In this document: positions 1 through 14,613 of the stretch, one piece after another
How positions within the stretch are numbered: the stretch's first letter is position 1
Layout of the letters: each line of letters opens with the position of its first letter
Assembly (NCBI RefSeq): GCF_902652985.1
Contig: NC_047025.1
Coordinates: 39,618,001-39,682,000, forward strand
DNA from: Pecten maximus
Lineage: Eukaryota
Length of the DNA: 64,000 bases
Direction of reading: 5' to 3'
Made by a program: the position numbers and the translations under genes
Notes under the pieces: generated by a model
What the model saw: only the letters and a program-made list of their open reading frames with translations
What the model was told of the DNA's origin: nothing
The model's database searches: none

Positions 1-545
1 GAGCAGGGTCTGGGGCAAACAAGAGTCTGGAGAGCAGGGTCTGGGGCAAACAAGAGTCAGGAGAGCAGGGTCTGGGGCAAACAAGAGTCAGGAGAGCAGA
101 GTCTGGGGCAGACAAGAGTCAGGAGAGCAGGGTCTGGGGCAAACAAGAGTCAGGAGAGCAGAGTCTGGGGCAGACAAGAGTCAGGAGAGCAGGGTCTGGG
201 GCAAACAAGAGTTTGTGAACAGGGTCTGGGGCAGACAAGAGTCTGGAGAGCAGGGTCTGGGGCAGACAAGAGTTTGTGAACAGGGTTTGGGGCAGACAAG
301 AGTTTGTGAACAGGGTCTGGGGCAGACAAGAGTCAGGAGAGCAGGGTCTGGGGCAGACAAGAGTTTGTGAACAGGGTCTGGGGCAGACAAGAGTTTGTTA
401 ACAGGGTCTGGGGCAGACAAGAGTTTGTGAACAGGGTCTGGGGCAGACAAGAGTTTGTGAACAGGGTTTGGTGCAGACAAGTCCTGATGATTACAAAGGC
501 TTGGTGAGCAGGATTTGGAGCAGACAAAAGTTTTGAGAACAGTGG
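1..545. repeat. ~30-bp minisatellite (continues beyond window start)
   Basis: Unit CAGGGTCTGGGGCAGACAAGAGT(CAGGAGAG/TTGTGAA). Confidence 0.95.
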
Positions 546-984
546 CTGTGGTAGACAAAGACTAGAAGTTTGGGTCTTAGACAATATGCTTCAGACACAT
601 TTTTACGTGCACACGTTATAGACATACTTCACCATCTTCATCCAGATGCTATTTATGTACAGGAAATTAACCACAGGCTGGCCATGCAAGGCGCACGTGC
701 GGCACCTGTTACAGCAGGAAGCATGTTAGCTAGTCTTCGCCCCGCACCTCGACACTGACAGAGAAACTCAATTATCTTATTATCAGTATAATTAAAAACT
801 TCTTTGATCAGTTCTGATGGAAATCTGACCAGGACACTCCTTATGAACGAAACTTCAACCCCCAGAATATTTTGGTGGCGCTCAGTTCTATACCCTACAG
901 CATACTGGCTGTCCTGTTATACAGAAAGATATCACGTTTATGCATCGTATCAGTATATCTATACATGATAAATACCACATCAGA

Positions 985-3707
985 CTTGGAGTAGGTATAA
1001 AAAAAATGCCTCCCCAGGTTTAGTCATGCTGTAGGTATAAAAAAAAATACCTCCCCGGGTTTAGTCATGTGGGTATATAAAAATACCTCCCCAGGTTTAG
1101 TCATGGTGTGGGTATATAAAAATACCTCGCCAGGTTCAGTCATGGTGTGGGTATATAAAAATACCTCGCCAGGTTTAGTCATGATGTAGGTATAAAAAAA
1201 ATGCCTCCTCAGGTTTAGTCATGTGGGTATATAAAAATACCTCGCCAGGTTTAGTCATGGTGTGGGTATATAAAAATACCTCGCCAGGTTTAGTCATAGT
1301 GTGGGTATATAAACATACCTTCCATGGTTTAGTCATGTGGGTATATAAAAATACCTCCCCAGGTTTAGTCATAGTGTGGGTATATAAAAATACCTCCCCA
1401 GGTTTAGTCATGCTGTAGGTATAAAAAAAATACCTCCCCAGGTTTAGTCATGGTGTGGGTATATAAAAATACCTCCCCTGGTTTAGTCATGGTGTGGGTA
1501 TATAAAAATACCTCCTCGGGTTTAGTCATGTTGTGGGTATATAAAAATACCTTCCCAGGTTTAGTCATGGTGTGGGTATATACAAATACCTCCTCGGGTT
1601 TAGTCATGGTGTGGGTATATAAAAATACCTCCCCAGGTTTAGTCATGGTGTGGGTATATAAAAATACCTCCCCAGGTTTAGTCATTGTGTGGGTATATAA
1701 AAATACCTCCCCAGGTTTAGTCATGGTGTGGGTATATAAACATACCTTCCATGGTTTAGTCATGTGGGTATATAAAAATACCTCCCCAGGTTTAGTCATA
1801 GTGTGGGTATATAAAAATACCTCCCCAGGTTTAGTCATGCTGTAGGTATAAAAAAAATACCTCCCCAGGTTTAGTCATGGTGTGGGTATATAAAAATACC
1901 TCCCCTGGTTTAGTCATGGTGTGGGTATATAAAAATACCTCCTCGAGTTTAGTCATGTTGTGGGTATATAAAAATACCTTCCCAGGTTTAGTCATGGTGT
2001 GGGTATATACAAATACCTCCTCGGGTTTAGTCATGGTGTGGGTATATAAAAATACCTCCCCAGGTTTAGTCATGGTGTGGGTATATAAAAATACCTCCCC
2101 AGGTTTAGTCATGTTGTGGGTATATAAAAATACCTCCCCAGGTTTAGTCATGGTGTGGGTATATAAAAATACCTCCCCAGGTTTAGTCATTGTGTGGGTA
2201 TATAAAAATACCTCCCCAGGTTTAGTCATGGTGTGGGTATATAAAATACCTCCTCGGGTTTAGTCATGGAGTAGGTATAAAAAAAATGCCTCCCCAGGTT
2301 TAGTCATGCTGTAGGTATAAAAAAAAATACCTCCCCGGGTTTAGTCATGTGGGTATATAAAAATACCTCCCCAGGTTTAGTCATGGTGTGGGTATATAAA
2401 AATACCTCGCCAGGTTCAGTCATGGTGTGGGTATATAAAAATACCTCGCCAGGTTTAGTCATGATGTAGGTATAAAAAAAAATGCCTCCCCAGGTTTAGT
2501 CATGTGGGTATATAAAAATACCTCGCCAGGTTTAGTCATGGTGTGGGTATATAAAATACCTCGCCAGGTTTAGTCATAGTGTGGGTATATAAACATACCT
2601 TCCATGGTTTAGTCATGTGGGTATATAAAAATACCTCCCCAGGTTTAGTCATAGTGTGGGTATATAAAAATACCTCCCCAGGTTTAGTCATGCTGTAGGT
2701 ATAAAAAAAATACCTCCCCAGGTTTAGTCATGGTGTGGGTATATAAAATACCTCCCCTGGTTTAGTCATGGTGTGGGTATATAAAAATACCTCCTCGGGT
2801 TTAGTCATGTTGTGGGTATATAAAAATACCTTCCCAGGTTTAGTCATGGTGTGGGTATATACAAATACCTCCTCGGGTTTAGTCATGGTGTGGGTATATA
2901 AAAATACCTCCCCAGGTTTAGTCATGGTGTGGGTATATAAAAATACCTCCCCAGGTTTAGTCATTGTGTGGGTATATAAAAAATACCTCCCCAGGTTTAG
3001 TCATGGTGTGGGTATATAAAAATACCTCCCCAGGTTTAGTCATGGTGTGGGTATATAAAAATACCTCCCCAGGTTTAGTCATGGTGTGGGTATATAAAAA
3101 TACCTCCTCGGGTTTAGTCATGGTGTAGGTATATAAAAATACCTCGCCAGGTTTAGTCATGGTGTTGGTATATAAAAATACCTCCTCGGGTTTAGTCATG
3201 TTGTGGGTATATAAAAATACCTTCCCAGGTTTAGTCATGGTGTGGGTATATACAAATACCTCCTCGGGTTTAGTCATGGTGTGGGTATATAAAAATACCT
3301 CCCCAGGTTTAGTCATGGTGTGGGTATATAAAAATACCTCCCCAGGTTTAGTCATTGTGTGGGTATATAAAAAATACCTCCCCAGGTTTAGTCATGGTGT
3401 GGGTATATAAAAATACCTCCCCAGGTTTAGTCATGGTGTGGGTATATAAAAATACCTCCCCAGGTTTAGTCATGGTGTGGGTATATAAAAATACCTCCTC
3501 GGGTTTAGTCATGGTGTAGGTATATAAAAATACCTCGCCAGGTTTAGTCATGGTGTTGGTATATAAAAATACCTCCCCAGGTTTAGTCATGGTGTGGGTA
3601 TATAAAAATACCTCCCCAGGTTTAGTCATGGTGTGGGTATATAAAAATACCTCCCCTGGTTTAGTCATGGTGTGGGTATATAAAAATACCTCCCCAAGTT
3701 TAGTCAC
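985..3707. repeat. ~39-bp minisatellite with higher-order duplications
   Basis: Unit AGGTTTAGTCATGGTGTGGGTATATAAAAATACCTCCCC, about 70 copies. Confidence 0.97.
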
Positions 3708-3879
3708 CTGATATATCTAAATCCATTACTACATATTATTATATACACGAGGTGTGATAACCGTTATTGCCACGTGTTTCCAATCTGCTGCTCATTCCAT
3801 TCGTTCTGGTTTTCATGATTAAACCACCATGGACGTTTTATCACACTTCACAAACAACAGGCCGTGAGTCGGTAAGGGC

Positions 3880-4640
3880 TCCACTGGTACGGGGTACGGG
3901 GTACGGGGCTTCACTGGTACGGGGTACGGGGCTTCACTGGTACGGGGTACGGAATACGGGGTACGGGGTACGGGGTACGGGACCTCACTGGTACGGGGTA
4001 CGGGGTACGGGGCTTCACGGGTACGGGGTACGGGGTACGGGGTACGGGGCTTTACTGGTACGGGGTACGGAATACGGGATACGGGATACGGGGAACGGGA
4101 TACGGAGTACGGGGTACGGGGTACGGGATACGGAGTACGGGGTACGGGGTACGGGGCTTTACTGGTACGGGGTACGGGGCTTCACTGGTACAGAATACGG
4201 AATACGGGGTACAGGGTACGGGGTACGGGACCTCACTGGTACGGGGTACGGGGTACGGGGTATGGGGTACGGGACCTCACTGGTACGGGGTACGGGGCTT
4301 CACTGGTACAGGACACGGGGTACGGGGTACGGGGCTTCACTGGTACGGGGTACGGAATACGGGGTACGGGGTACGGGACCTCACTGGTACGGGGTACGGG
4401 GTACGGGGTATGGGGTACGGGACCTCACTGGTACGGGGTACGGGGTACGGGGTATGGGGTACGGGACCTCACTGGTACGGGGTACGGGGCTACACTGGTA
4501 CAGGGTACGGGGTACGGGGCTTCACTGGTACGGGGTACGGGGTAGGGGTACGGGGTACGGGGTACGGGGTACGGGGTACGGGGCTTCAATAGTTGAGGTA
4601 CGGGAGTTTACTAGTACAGGGTACGGGATACGGGGCCTAA
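3880..4640 (+). repeat. (GGGGTAC)n G-rich repeat interrupted by GGGGCTTCACT/GGGACCTCACT modules
   Basis: Direct inspection; strong G-skew on the + strand. Confidence 0.95.
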
Positions 4641-4789
4641 CTGGCCGGGGTTCTGGTATGGGGCCTCATTGGTATGTCGAACGGGGACTCACTGATCAAG
4701 GGCCTCAACGCTACAGGGCCTCGCCGATACGGGGTCACACCGCTTCAGGGCCTCACCGATACGGGGCCTCAAACGGAACGTCTGTCACA

Positions 4790-4872
4790 CGTCGGATACC
4801 CACGGTTGATTGGACTACGCTACGCTGATAAGTGTAGCGTAGCGTTGTTCAACCAACCATGGGTATCCGACG
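4790..4872. other. ~83-bp imperfect hairpin
   Basis: CGTCGGATACCCA..GGTTG..CGCTACGCT-loop-AGCGTAGCG..CAACC..TGGGTATCCGACG. Confidence 0.7.
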
Positions 4873-5646
4873 TTTTGTGTATAGTTTATTTTTATAGGAC
4901 ATTGCCCATGTATATTGTGTGGTGTAGTAATTACATGTTTTTATGGATCATAACGCTTACACAACGTACACAGAAACGTTTTTGTTTTGCGAGTTTTCGA
5001 TCCATCAGATTCACATACATTACAGAACATGTTGACACACATTGTTAGACTATTATCTGTAGTACTGCTACTCCTCCCACGGACGTCACTGCAGCATCGC
5101 TGTTACTATGAGAAGTCCGTCTAAATGACATGGCGTATACTGTGTGAACAGGTCATGTCTGTGGGAGGTACACTCTTTGGCACCCTCTCTCTTTCAACAT
5201 CAAACTAACGTGCCTTGATCGGAGTTATGAACGATCTCATTACCGTTGTAAGACGTCGTACAGATAATCGAAACGATATGGCTTCACTGGTCTGTCTCGC
5301 TTTGTTTCTTATTGTTGCTCTTTGACATCATTGTACATTCTGGAATCTCTGCATTCCAAGACACTGCCACAGCTGTGGTGTAATGTATTCTATTCCCAGG
5401 AATACCAGAAAATAAAACTTTAAACAAGATGATTACCATACATATTGAAAACAGAGAAAAAGGCTTTCCCGAAACCATTCTTGCATCAGGAAGCTCGGAA
5501 AGCGCTAGGTATTGTGATTGTTGGCAACGTAAGCCTTCCCCAATACTCCTCTCCGATAGCTTTCTAATACTGTTACAACCAGATACTTTACACACCAACA
5601 ATGTCAAAATGAAGATTGTGGAAGGTTTTAAGTTGTGTTTTTATCT

Positions 5647-7215
5647 CTGAAGTTTAATGGGTTATATGGAGTTTGTCCTGCTAACTTTACCTGTGAAGTT
5701 GAATGGGTTATATGGAGTTTGTCCTTCTAACTTTACCTGTGAAGTTTAATGGGTTATATGGAGTTTGTCCTGCTAACTTTACCTGTGAAGTTTAATGGTT
5801 ATATGGAGTTTGTCGCACTAACATTACCTGTGAAGTTTAATGGGTTATATGGAGTTTGTCGTGCTAACTTTACCCACCCGTGAAGTTTAATGGGCTATAT
5901 GGAGTCTGTCGTGCTAACTTTACCTGTGAAGTTTAATGGGTTATATAGAGTCTGTCGTGCTAACTTTACCTGTGAAGTTTAATGGCTTATATGGAGTCTG
6001 TCGTGCTAAATTTACCTGTGAAGTTTAATGGGTTATATGGAGTTTGTCGTGCTAACTTTACCTGTGAAGTTTAATGGGTTATATGGAGTTTGTCCTGCTA
6101 ACTTTACCTGTGAAGTTTAATGGGTTATATGTAGTTGGTCGTGCTAACTTTACCTGTGACGTTTAATGGGTTATATGGAGTTGGTCGTGCTAACATTGCC
6201 TGTGAAGTTTAATGGGTTATATGGAGTTTGTCGTGCTAACTTTACCTGTGAAGTTGCATGGGTTATATGGAGTTTGTCCTGCTAACTTTACCTGTGAAGT
6301 TTAATGGGTTATATGGAGTCTGTCCTGCTAACTTTACCTGTGAAGTTTAATGGGTTATATGGAGTTTGTCGTACTAACTTTACCTGTGAAGTTTAATGGG
6401 TTATATGGAGTTTGTCGTGCTAACTTTACCTGTGACGTTTAATGGGTTATTTGGAGTTTGTCGTACTAACTTTACCTGTAAGGTTTAATGGGTTATATGG
6501 AGTTTGTCGTGCTGACATTACCTGTGAAGTTGAATGGGTTATATGGAGTTTGTCCTGCTAACTTTACCTGTGACGTTTAATGGGTTATATACAGTTTGTC
6601 GTGCTAACTTTACCTGTGAAGTTGAATGGGTTATATGGAGTTTGTCCTGCTAACATTACCTGTGAAGTTTAATGGGTTATATGGAGTTTGTCGTGCTAAC
6701 ATTACCTGTGACGTTTAATGGGTTATATGGAGTTTGTCGTGCTAACTTTACCTGTGAAGTTTAATGGGTTATATGGAGTCTGTCCTGCTAACTTTACCTG
6801 TGAAGTTTAATTGGTTATATGGAGTTTGTCGTACTAACTTTACCTGTGAAGTTGAATGGGTTATATGGAGTTTGTCGTGCTAACTTTACCTGTGAAGTTG
6901 AATGGGTTATATGGAGTTTGTCGTGCTAACATTACCTGTGAAGTTTAATGGGTTATATGGAGTTTGTCGTGCTAACTTTACCTGTGAAGTTTAATGGGTT
7001 ATATGGAGTCTGTCCTGCTAACTTTACCTGTGAAGTTTAATGGGTTATATGGAGTTTGTCGTGCTAACTTTACCTGTGAGGTGTAATGGGTTATATGGAG
7101 TTTGTCCTGCTAACATTACCTGTGAAGTTTAATGGGTTATATGGAGTTTGTCGTGCTAACTTCATCTGTGAAATTTAATTGGTGAAATGGAGTTTGTCCT
7201 ACTAACATTACCTGT
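5647..7215. repeat. 46-bp minisatellite
   Basis: Unit TGAAGTTTAATGGGTTATATGGAGTTTGTCGTGCTAACTTTACCTG, about 34 copies. Confidence 0.96.
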
Positions 7216-7939
7216 CAGTCTCCGACAGTTGATTTCTGGTGTACTAGCTGCTCTTTTTAGCGAGCATCCTCGGATTCTACCTTACCTACCAGTGCAGTAC
7301 GATACACGTGTACCTTTTATGATTTCTTTTCTTCAAATTATCACATTTCCTAGTCGTATTTGGTTAATGATAATAGAAATCCACAAGGGCGTGTGACGTA
7401 TGCAGTTAGAAATTTCAATGAAATACAATACCTGTTATTTCACTTGCTCACGAATTAGATATATTCATTACATTTATTCGTACTTGATACTGTTTGGCAC
7501 ATGGCTTCTAGTAACGTCATCATGAGCACAAGATAAACAAAATGACGTCATTCAAACATGGCGTTAGAAGGAATTCCATTCATGCCCGCCAGTTCCTTGT
7601 TCACCTGTGGATTGGCATGTCAGATGTTTGTGTGTTCGGATGGACTACAAACTGTTTGTTATCTACACTGGCATATCTGTAAAGGTCAGCTGTGCTTTTA
7701 TCTACTGGGAACTTTATTGAAGGAACACAGACATCTGAACAAAATATATAAAAACATGCGTCGTGTCCCTGTGTTGGGCCTCCGAACAATGACTGCCAGA
7801 ATGCTTCATTAACAGGGGGCCGCTAATCAGTTTCCCCAGAACTTAAACAGATGGTATAACAATCAGTGTGATTTACCCAGTACAGGACAGCACACGCTCT
7901 ACCAATACTAGGACACATGATAAACACTCTCATGTTTAT

Positions 7940-8610
7940 ATTTCTGACACACAAATAGTGTGATTCATTGTCCAGTTTGTAGTTTTAAAACATAACTACT
8001 GCAGATAGTGTCCTATTCATAGCTGTGACACACAGATATTGCAATACGTTGTTCCGTTCATAGATGTGACACACAGATATTGTAATACGTTGTTCCGTTT
8101 ATTATTTTGACACACATGTTTTGTAATACATTGTTCCGTTTATTGTTTTGACACACAGATATAGTGATACACATATATTATAATGCATATTCTCATTCAT
8201 ATTTTGACACACACATATTGTAATACATTGTCCTGTTAAAAGTTTTGACACACAGACATTGTAATACATTATCCCGATTAAAGTTTTAACACACAGATAT
8301 TGTAATACATTGTACCGTTCATAGCTGTGATACACAGATATTGTGATACAGTGTCCCGTTTATTTTTTTGACACACAGATATTGTAATACATTGTTCCGA
8401 TTATTATTTTGACACACAGATATTGTTATACATTGTTTCGATTATTATTTTGACACACAGATATTGTAATACATTATCCCGATTTAAGTTTTAACACACA
8501 CAGGTTGTAGTACATTTTTCCGTTTATTATTTTGACACAGATATTGTAATACATTGTCCTGTTTATTATTTTGACACACATGTATTGTAATACATTGTCC
8601 TGTTTCAGTT
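7940..8610. repeat. Degenerate ~42-bp minisatellite
   Basis: TTTTGACACACAGATATTGTAATACATTGTTCCGTTTATTA-like units. Confidence 0.85.
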
Positions 8611-8767
8611 TTGGCGTTTGATACCGTGTTTACTTTAGACTTAATCTCTTGGTGTGAAGTTTGTTGTATAATGTACCTAGGCGTTGTCTTCTAACCGTAT
8701 ACAAGGTAATAGTTGATTGGACATATGTATTGTGTGTATCGTAATTATATCCGATATTAGAAGTGTT

Positions 8768-9120
8768 GGACTGTGACGTTCTGGGGGTTATATCGACTGT
8801 GACGTTTTGGGGTTTTTGAACTGTGACGTTTTGGTATTATTTGGACTGTGACGTTTTGGGGGTTTTTGGACTGTGACGTTTTGGGGGTTTTTGGACTGTG
8901 ACGTTTTGGGGTTTTTGGACTGTGACGTTTTGGGTTTTTTGGACTGTGACGTTTTGGGTTTTTTGGACTATGACGTTTTAGGCTTATTTGGACTGTGACC
9001 CTTTGGGGTTATTTTGGCTGTGACGGTTTGGGGTTTGTGGACTGTGAAGTTTAGGGGTTATTTGGACTGAATGAAACCTTTGGGTTATTTCGACTGTAAC
9101 CTTTTGGGATCATTTGGAGT
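8768..9120. repeat. Degenerate ~23-bp minisatellite
   Basis: GGACTGTGACGTTTTGGGGTTTTT-like units. Confidence 0.88.
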
Positions 9121-9734
9121 TAACTTGCAATAAAATGATACGTATTCTATACCGTATACAAGTAAACATTCGTACGTTTTAAAAGCCTCAACCACCACCC
9201 TAGCCTATTGTGTTCTACTGTATATATGTAAGTACTCGTAACTAACTCACAGAAACTATCCTGATAATTATTGACTCCTGTTTCGAACTCTTTGCACATG
9301 TTTCGCTGAGGCCTCCCGTAGAAACAATGTTTGGTATGTAGTACGTGCTACCATCTCCTATAACGTCCGCTGGTAACATTGATGGTATATATTACTGCTA
9401 TCAAACCCACATGTTCCACAAACCTAGTGGCGCCCCCTTTCCTCCATTCTGTAAATCTGTCTTTCTGGGCTAAGGGATGTCACTCTACGCCTTATGATCG
9501 AAAACTCTGAAATGGTCGTTATGTCTGAAAGTTCAATAGCCTTATTTTATATCTAAAAAAGCTAGAATATTTATTTTCACACATACAAAAAAAAAAAAAA
9601 TACTACAGCTTATGTAGGTCAAGTAACTCTAATGAAGTCCACGAGACTCAACTGAAAGTTCACAAAGGAAGAAGTAAATATGATAAGATATTGCCCTGCT
9701 AAAAAACACCACACATTCGAGTAAGTGTTGTGAT

Positions 9735-11675
9735 TTACTATAATGTTAAAGTGGGACATTTACTATAATGTTTTAATGAGACATTTACTATAATGTTATA
9801 ATGGGACATTTACTATAATGTTATAATGGGACATTTACTATAATGTTCTAATGAGACATTTACTTTAATGTTATAATGGGACATTTACTATAATGTTATA
9901 ATGGGACATTTACTTTAATGTTATAATGGGACATTTACTATAATGTTATAGTGAGACATTTACTATAATGTTATAATGGGACATTTACTATAATGTTCTA
10001 ATGAGACATTTACTTTAATGTTATAATGGGACATTTACTATAATGTTCTAATGAGACATTTACTTTAATGTTATAATGGGACATTTACTATAATGTTCTA
10101 ATGAGACATTTACTATAATGTTATAATGGGACATTTACTATAATGTTCTAATGAGACATTTACTTTAATGTTATAATGGGACATTTACTATAATGTTATA
10201 GTGAGACATTTACTATAATGTTATAATGGGACATTTACTTTAATGTTATAATGGGACATTTACTATAATGTTATAGTGAGACATTTACTATAATGTTATA
10301 ATGGGACATTTACTATAATGTTCTAATGAGACATTTACTATAATGTTATAATGGGACATTTACTATAATGTTATAGTGAGACATTTACTATAATGTTAAA
10401 ATGGGACATTTACTGTAATGTTAAAGTGGGACATTTACTATAATGTTATAATGAGACATTTACTATAATGTTAAAATGGGACATTTACTGTAATGTTAAA
10501 GTGGGACATTTACTATAATGTTAAAATGGGACATTTACTGTAATGATAAAGTGAGACATTTACTTTAAGGTTATAGTGAGACATTTATTATAATGTTATA
10601 ATGAGACATTTACTGTAATGTTATAATGAGACATTTACTATAATGTTATAATGGGACATTTACTATAATGTTATAATGGGACATTTATTATAATGTTATA
10701 ATGAGACATTTACTTTAATGTTATAATGAGACATTTACTATAATGTTATAATGAGACATTTACTATAATGTTAAAGTGAGACATTTACTATAATGTTACA
10801 GTGAGACATTTACTATAATGCTATAGTGAGACATTTATTATAATGTTATAATGAGACATTTACTATAATGTTCTAATGAGACATTTACTATAATGAGACA
10901 TTTACTTTAATGTTCTAATGAGACATTTACTATAATGTTATAGTGAGACATTTACTATAATGTTATAATGGGACATTTACTTTAATGTTATAATGGGACA
11001 TTTACTATAATGTTATAGTGAGACATTTACTATAATGTTATAATGGGACATTTACTATAATGTTCTAATGAGACATTTACTATAATGTTATAATGGGACA
11101 TTTACTATAATGTTATAATGGGACATTTACTATAATGTTCTAATGAGACATTTACTATAATGTTATAATGGGACATTTACTATAATGTTATAATGAGACA
11201 TTTACTATAATGTTATAATGAGACATTTACTTTAATGTTAAAGTTGGACATTTACTGTAATGTTATAATGAGACATTTACTATAATGTTATAATGAGACA
11301 TTTACTTTAATGTTATAATGAGACATTTACTATAATGTTACAGTGAGACATTTACTTTAATGTTATAATGAGACATTTACTATAATGTTACAGTGAGACA
11401 TTTACTTTAATGTTATAATGAGACATTTACTATAATGTTACAGTGAGACATTTACTTTAATGTTATAATGAGACATTTACTATAATGTTACAGTGAGACA
11501 TTTACTATAATGTTATAATGGGACATTTACTATAATGTTATAATGAGACATTTACTGTAATGTTAAAGTGAGACATTTACTGTAATGATAAAGTGAGACA
11601 TTTACTTTAAGGTTATAGTGAGACATTTATTATAATGTTATAATGAGACATTTACTTTAATGTTAAAGTTGGACA
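9735..11675. repeat. 25-bp AT-rich minisatellite
   Basis: Unit ACATTTACTATAATGTTATAATG(G/A)G, about 77 copies. Confidence 0.97.
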
Positions 11676-14613
11676 GGTGCGATCCTGTTTGACTATCACT
11701 GTTGACTTTTAATCTTAAATATGAGGGACGTAGTTTACTGTTGGACCGACAAAAGAATTATTATTCTCATGAGCACGCATTAGTGTTCCTGAACTGTCTC
11801 TAGCTGTGGATATTAACTGATGGGACTGCTTCATCAGGAAACTGAAGGGACTGCTTCATCAGGAACGACGGGGCACCTTAAACATGAAGTCGGTATAGCT
11901 TATTGTCAAAGATGGAGTATATACTATATCTTATTCAGTTTCGAAGGAAGTGTGCTCGCATGAGCTATATTTATTGTATGTATGTGACACTAAGTATATT
12001 TTCTTGTATCGGTATTTTGCATCTTAGTTGTCAGAACAATGTATCTAAATTGTCTGTGGTAGACTTCTGTTCTTCGGCTGATTATTGCCCCTGGTTGCTA
12101 CATGATTGTAAATCCGGACTAATGATCTGAAGTCAATTAGTGTTATGTAATTAAGCCTAGTAGGTAATGATGCCGTAAAGCAGGTGTTGGCTTGGAACTT
12201 ACTAATTAGTGTTTACGGCTATACACCTTACCAGGAGTACCGAGGGGTCAGCACTCCGTGATCGTAAATCCATCTCGTCATGTTCGTGTAATGAGACCTC
12301 CAGTCATTTGACCAAAGGTCAGTTGTAGTGTTGATTTCTCATCTCTATGACAACCAGTATTTGTACTTCGTTATATTGGACGATCGTGCCGTACGAATTC
12401 CGTGTACGAAGCCAATCCTGAAGATATGATAATGTCTTCTCGGTTGTCGTGGCGACTATGTAGTATTAATGATATATTTCCATTGCTCCGTATTGTCAAT
12501 ATTTAACCTTACCAGACAAAAAGGAATATTTTCATACTGTAATTCTCACATAATTCCAATTGGCGGAGTGATCTGAAGAACAATGTTCGCGACGTCGTTT
12601 TGTCTGACGTCACTATGGTGAAGTATATTTGACGTCACGAATATTCGTTCTACTCGAGTAAAAAATCATATATAGATCAATGTAACCTGTATTAAGTTAT
12701 GTAGTTATGTTATATAAAAGGTGAATATCCTCACGGCGGAATATGTTGATTGAAATGTTGAAATTAAATTGATGGGTTTGTATTTATTTCTACGAACTAT
12801 ATTTTTTGTCGGGAACGGTTACCTGTAGGTGTGACGTCACAAGAACGTATACTATTATTCCTTTAATTCTGACAGGATCGCAGACAAACTAATCATATTG
12901 CGCGTCTTGTCTGCAATGCTGTGCGAATTATTGGTCCATAACGTTCCAGAGACAGCAGTTTAATGCTGGAATATTTCTGTCGTGTTATAAGACATATTTC
13001 TGTCGTGTTATAAGACATATTTCTGTCGTGTTATCAGACATATTTCTGTCGTGTTATAAGACATATTCAAACGTTTCTAATACAATTAACTGAATTTTTG
13101 TCAGTATTTTGAAATTCATTCACATTTTGTCATTTTACACCGCAAAGCAAAACCTAGTTATTGTTTCAATATGTAACATTGGTGACTAGATTGATGTGTC
13201 GGAGTGACGTCAGAGGACGTACTGGCGATCACATCATTTCTCCCTAAAGTCATAGCTCCTGTCCACTTAATTAATCTACCTGATGTATCCTTACATATGA
13301 ATATTCATAATCAAACACGACCTTATTATCACTTCGTCCGTGGTCACTGGAGAATGCTATTGAGCCACAAAGGTCCTCGTGTGGACGCTTGCTCGATCCT
13401 CACCCTCCTAATGGGTAGCCTTAATTATTTCCACAACGCCGCCATTGCGGAACAATCAATCATATCAGTCAGGTCATATTCCTGAAATATGGATGAATTC
13501 TAAAATACAAGATTGGCATGAATACATGAAATCTGATTAGAGACTAGAATCAGAAGGAGTACGACAGCTATCTCTATAGTGGATAACAATCGCTAGCAAT
13601 AATACACATGGCGTTGGAGTGGTAAACGTGTTCATATATAGCATGGTCAGATTGTAATTCATGCTGGCACAGGAAAGAGAACTTCTGGAAACCATTCATA
13701 TAAAAACAGACACCACAAATAATATATTTAGACAACCTATCGGTCTTCCCCGATATTTCCCAGTCCTGTAACCGATGGATGTCTACCGACACATCCCGAG
13801 ATCCGTCTGTTTTGTAACATTGGCCCGCCGTTGTACTAGATATTTCGTTATAGCGGTTACGACTGTTCCGGCGAGTAATACTAGAAACAGTGTTATGATA
13901 TGGAGATACCGTATTCATGTCGTTAACTTTAAACCTTTTCACGTTCTATATGGTAATTAGGACAATACCAACACGTCTGCATTCAAAAAGCATTATAACA
14001 GTTAATGGTTAATCGATAGAGGATAGAAAATGGAACGTCCTACAAGTAGGTCACACAACAGCCTGGCGGTAACACAAAGGTACTGTGTTCTACAAGATGT
14101 CAACCAGATAAAACAATGAAATGTCAAACTGTTCAGATTATTTCATTTACATATAACACGGGCATAACGTCGAGTTGAGACAATCAGATAAATGGTGGCT
14201 GTTCCGGGCAACTACGAGTAGATTTCATTTGAAACCGGATCTACACCGTTATTGTATTATTGTCCTCTTCCAAACAAACCTGCCTTAATACCCCTACCCC
14301 TTCTAGCCTGTATGTTTTCAAATCAGAACTATTTGGACTTGATTCTCTGCTACATGACACCTCCCCATATTAAATGTGTTGTTAATATTAATAAGGCTTG
14401 TTTTTTTGCGCATTACTTGTTGATTATAGTATAGCCTGTAAGCCTTCCCATATTGCTAATTTATTGACAGACTGTTACTGTTTCTAAGCATTGCTATATT
14501 TACAGACTGTTTCCGGTTATGAAGTAACTATATTTTAAACCTTTCTTTGTTTGCGAAATGTTTTCGGTGCTAAACCTTGCTATATGTAATGAGTACTATT
14601 GTTTTTCCTACAG

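Noticed and set aside
1175-3707. Many ORFs with MTKPGEVFLYTHT / VWVYKNTSPGLVM repeats
   Set aside because: Translations of a 39-bp minisatellite, open on both strands and broken by unit-length variants; no splice or codon evidence.
3767-4828. 353-aa Gly/Tyr/Arg-rich ORF resembling a shell or adhesive structural protein
   Set aside because: Product of a 7-bp repeat that cycles through all frames; non-ATG start and no convincing gene structure.
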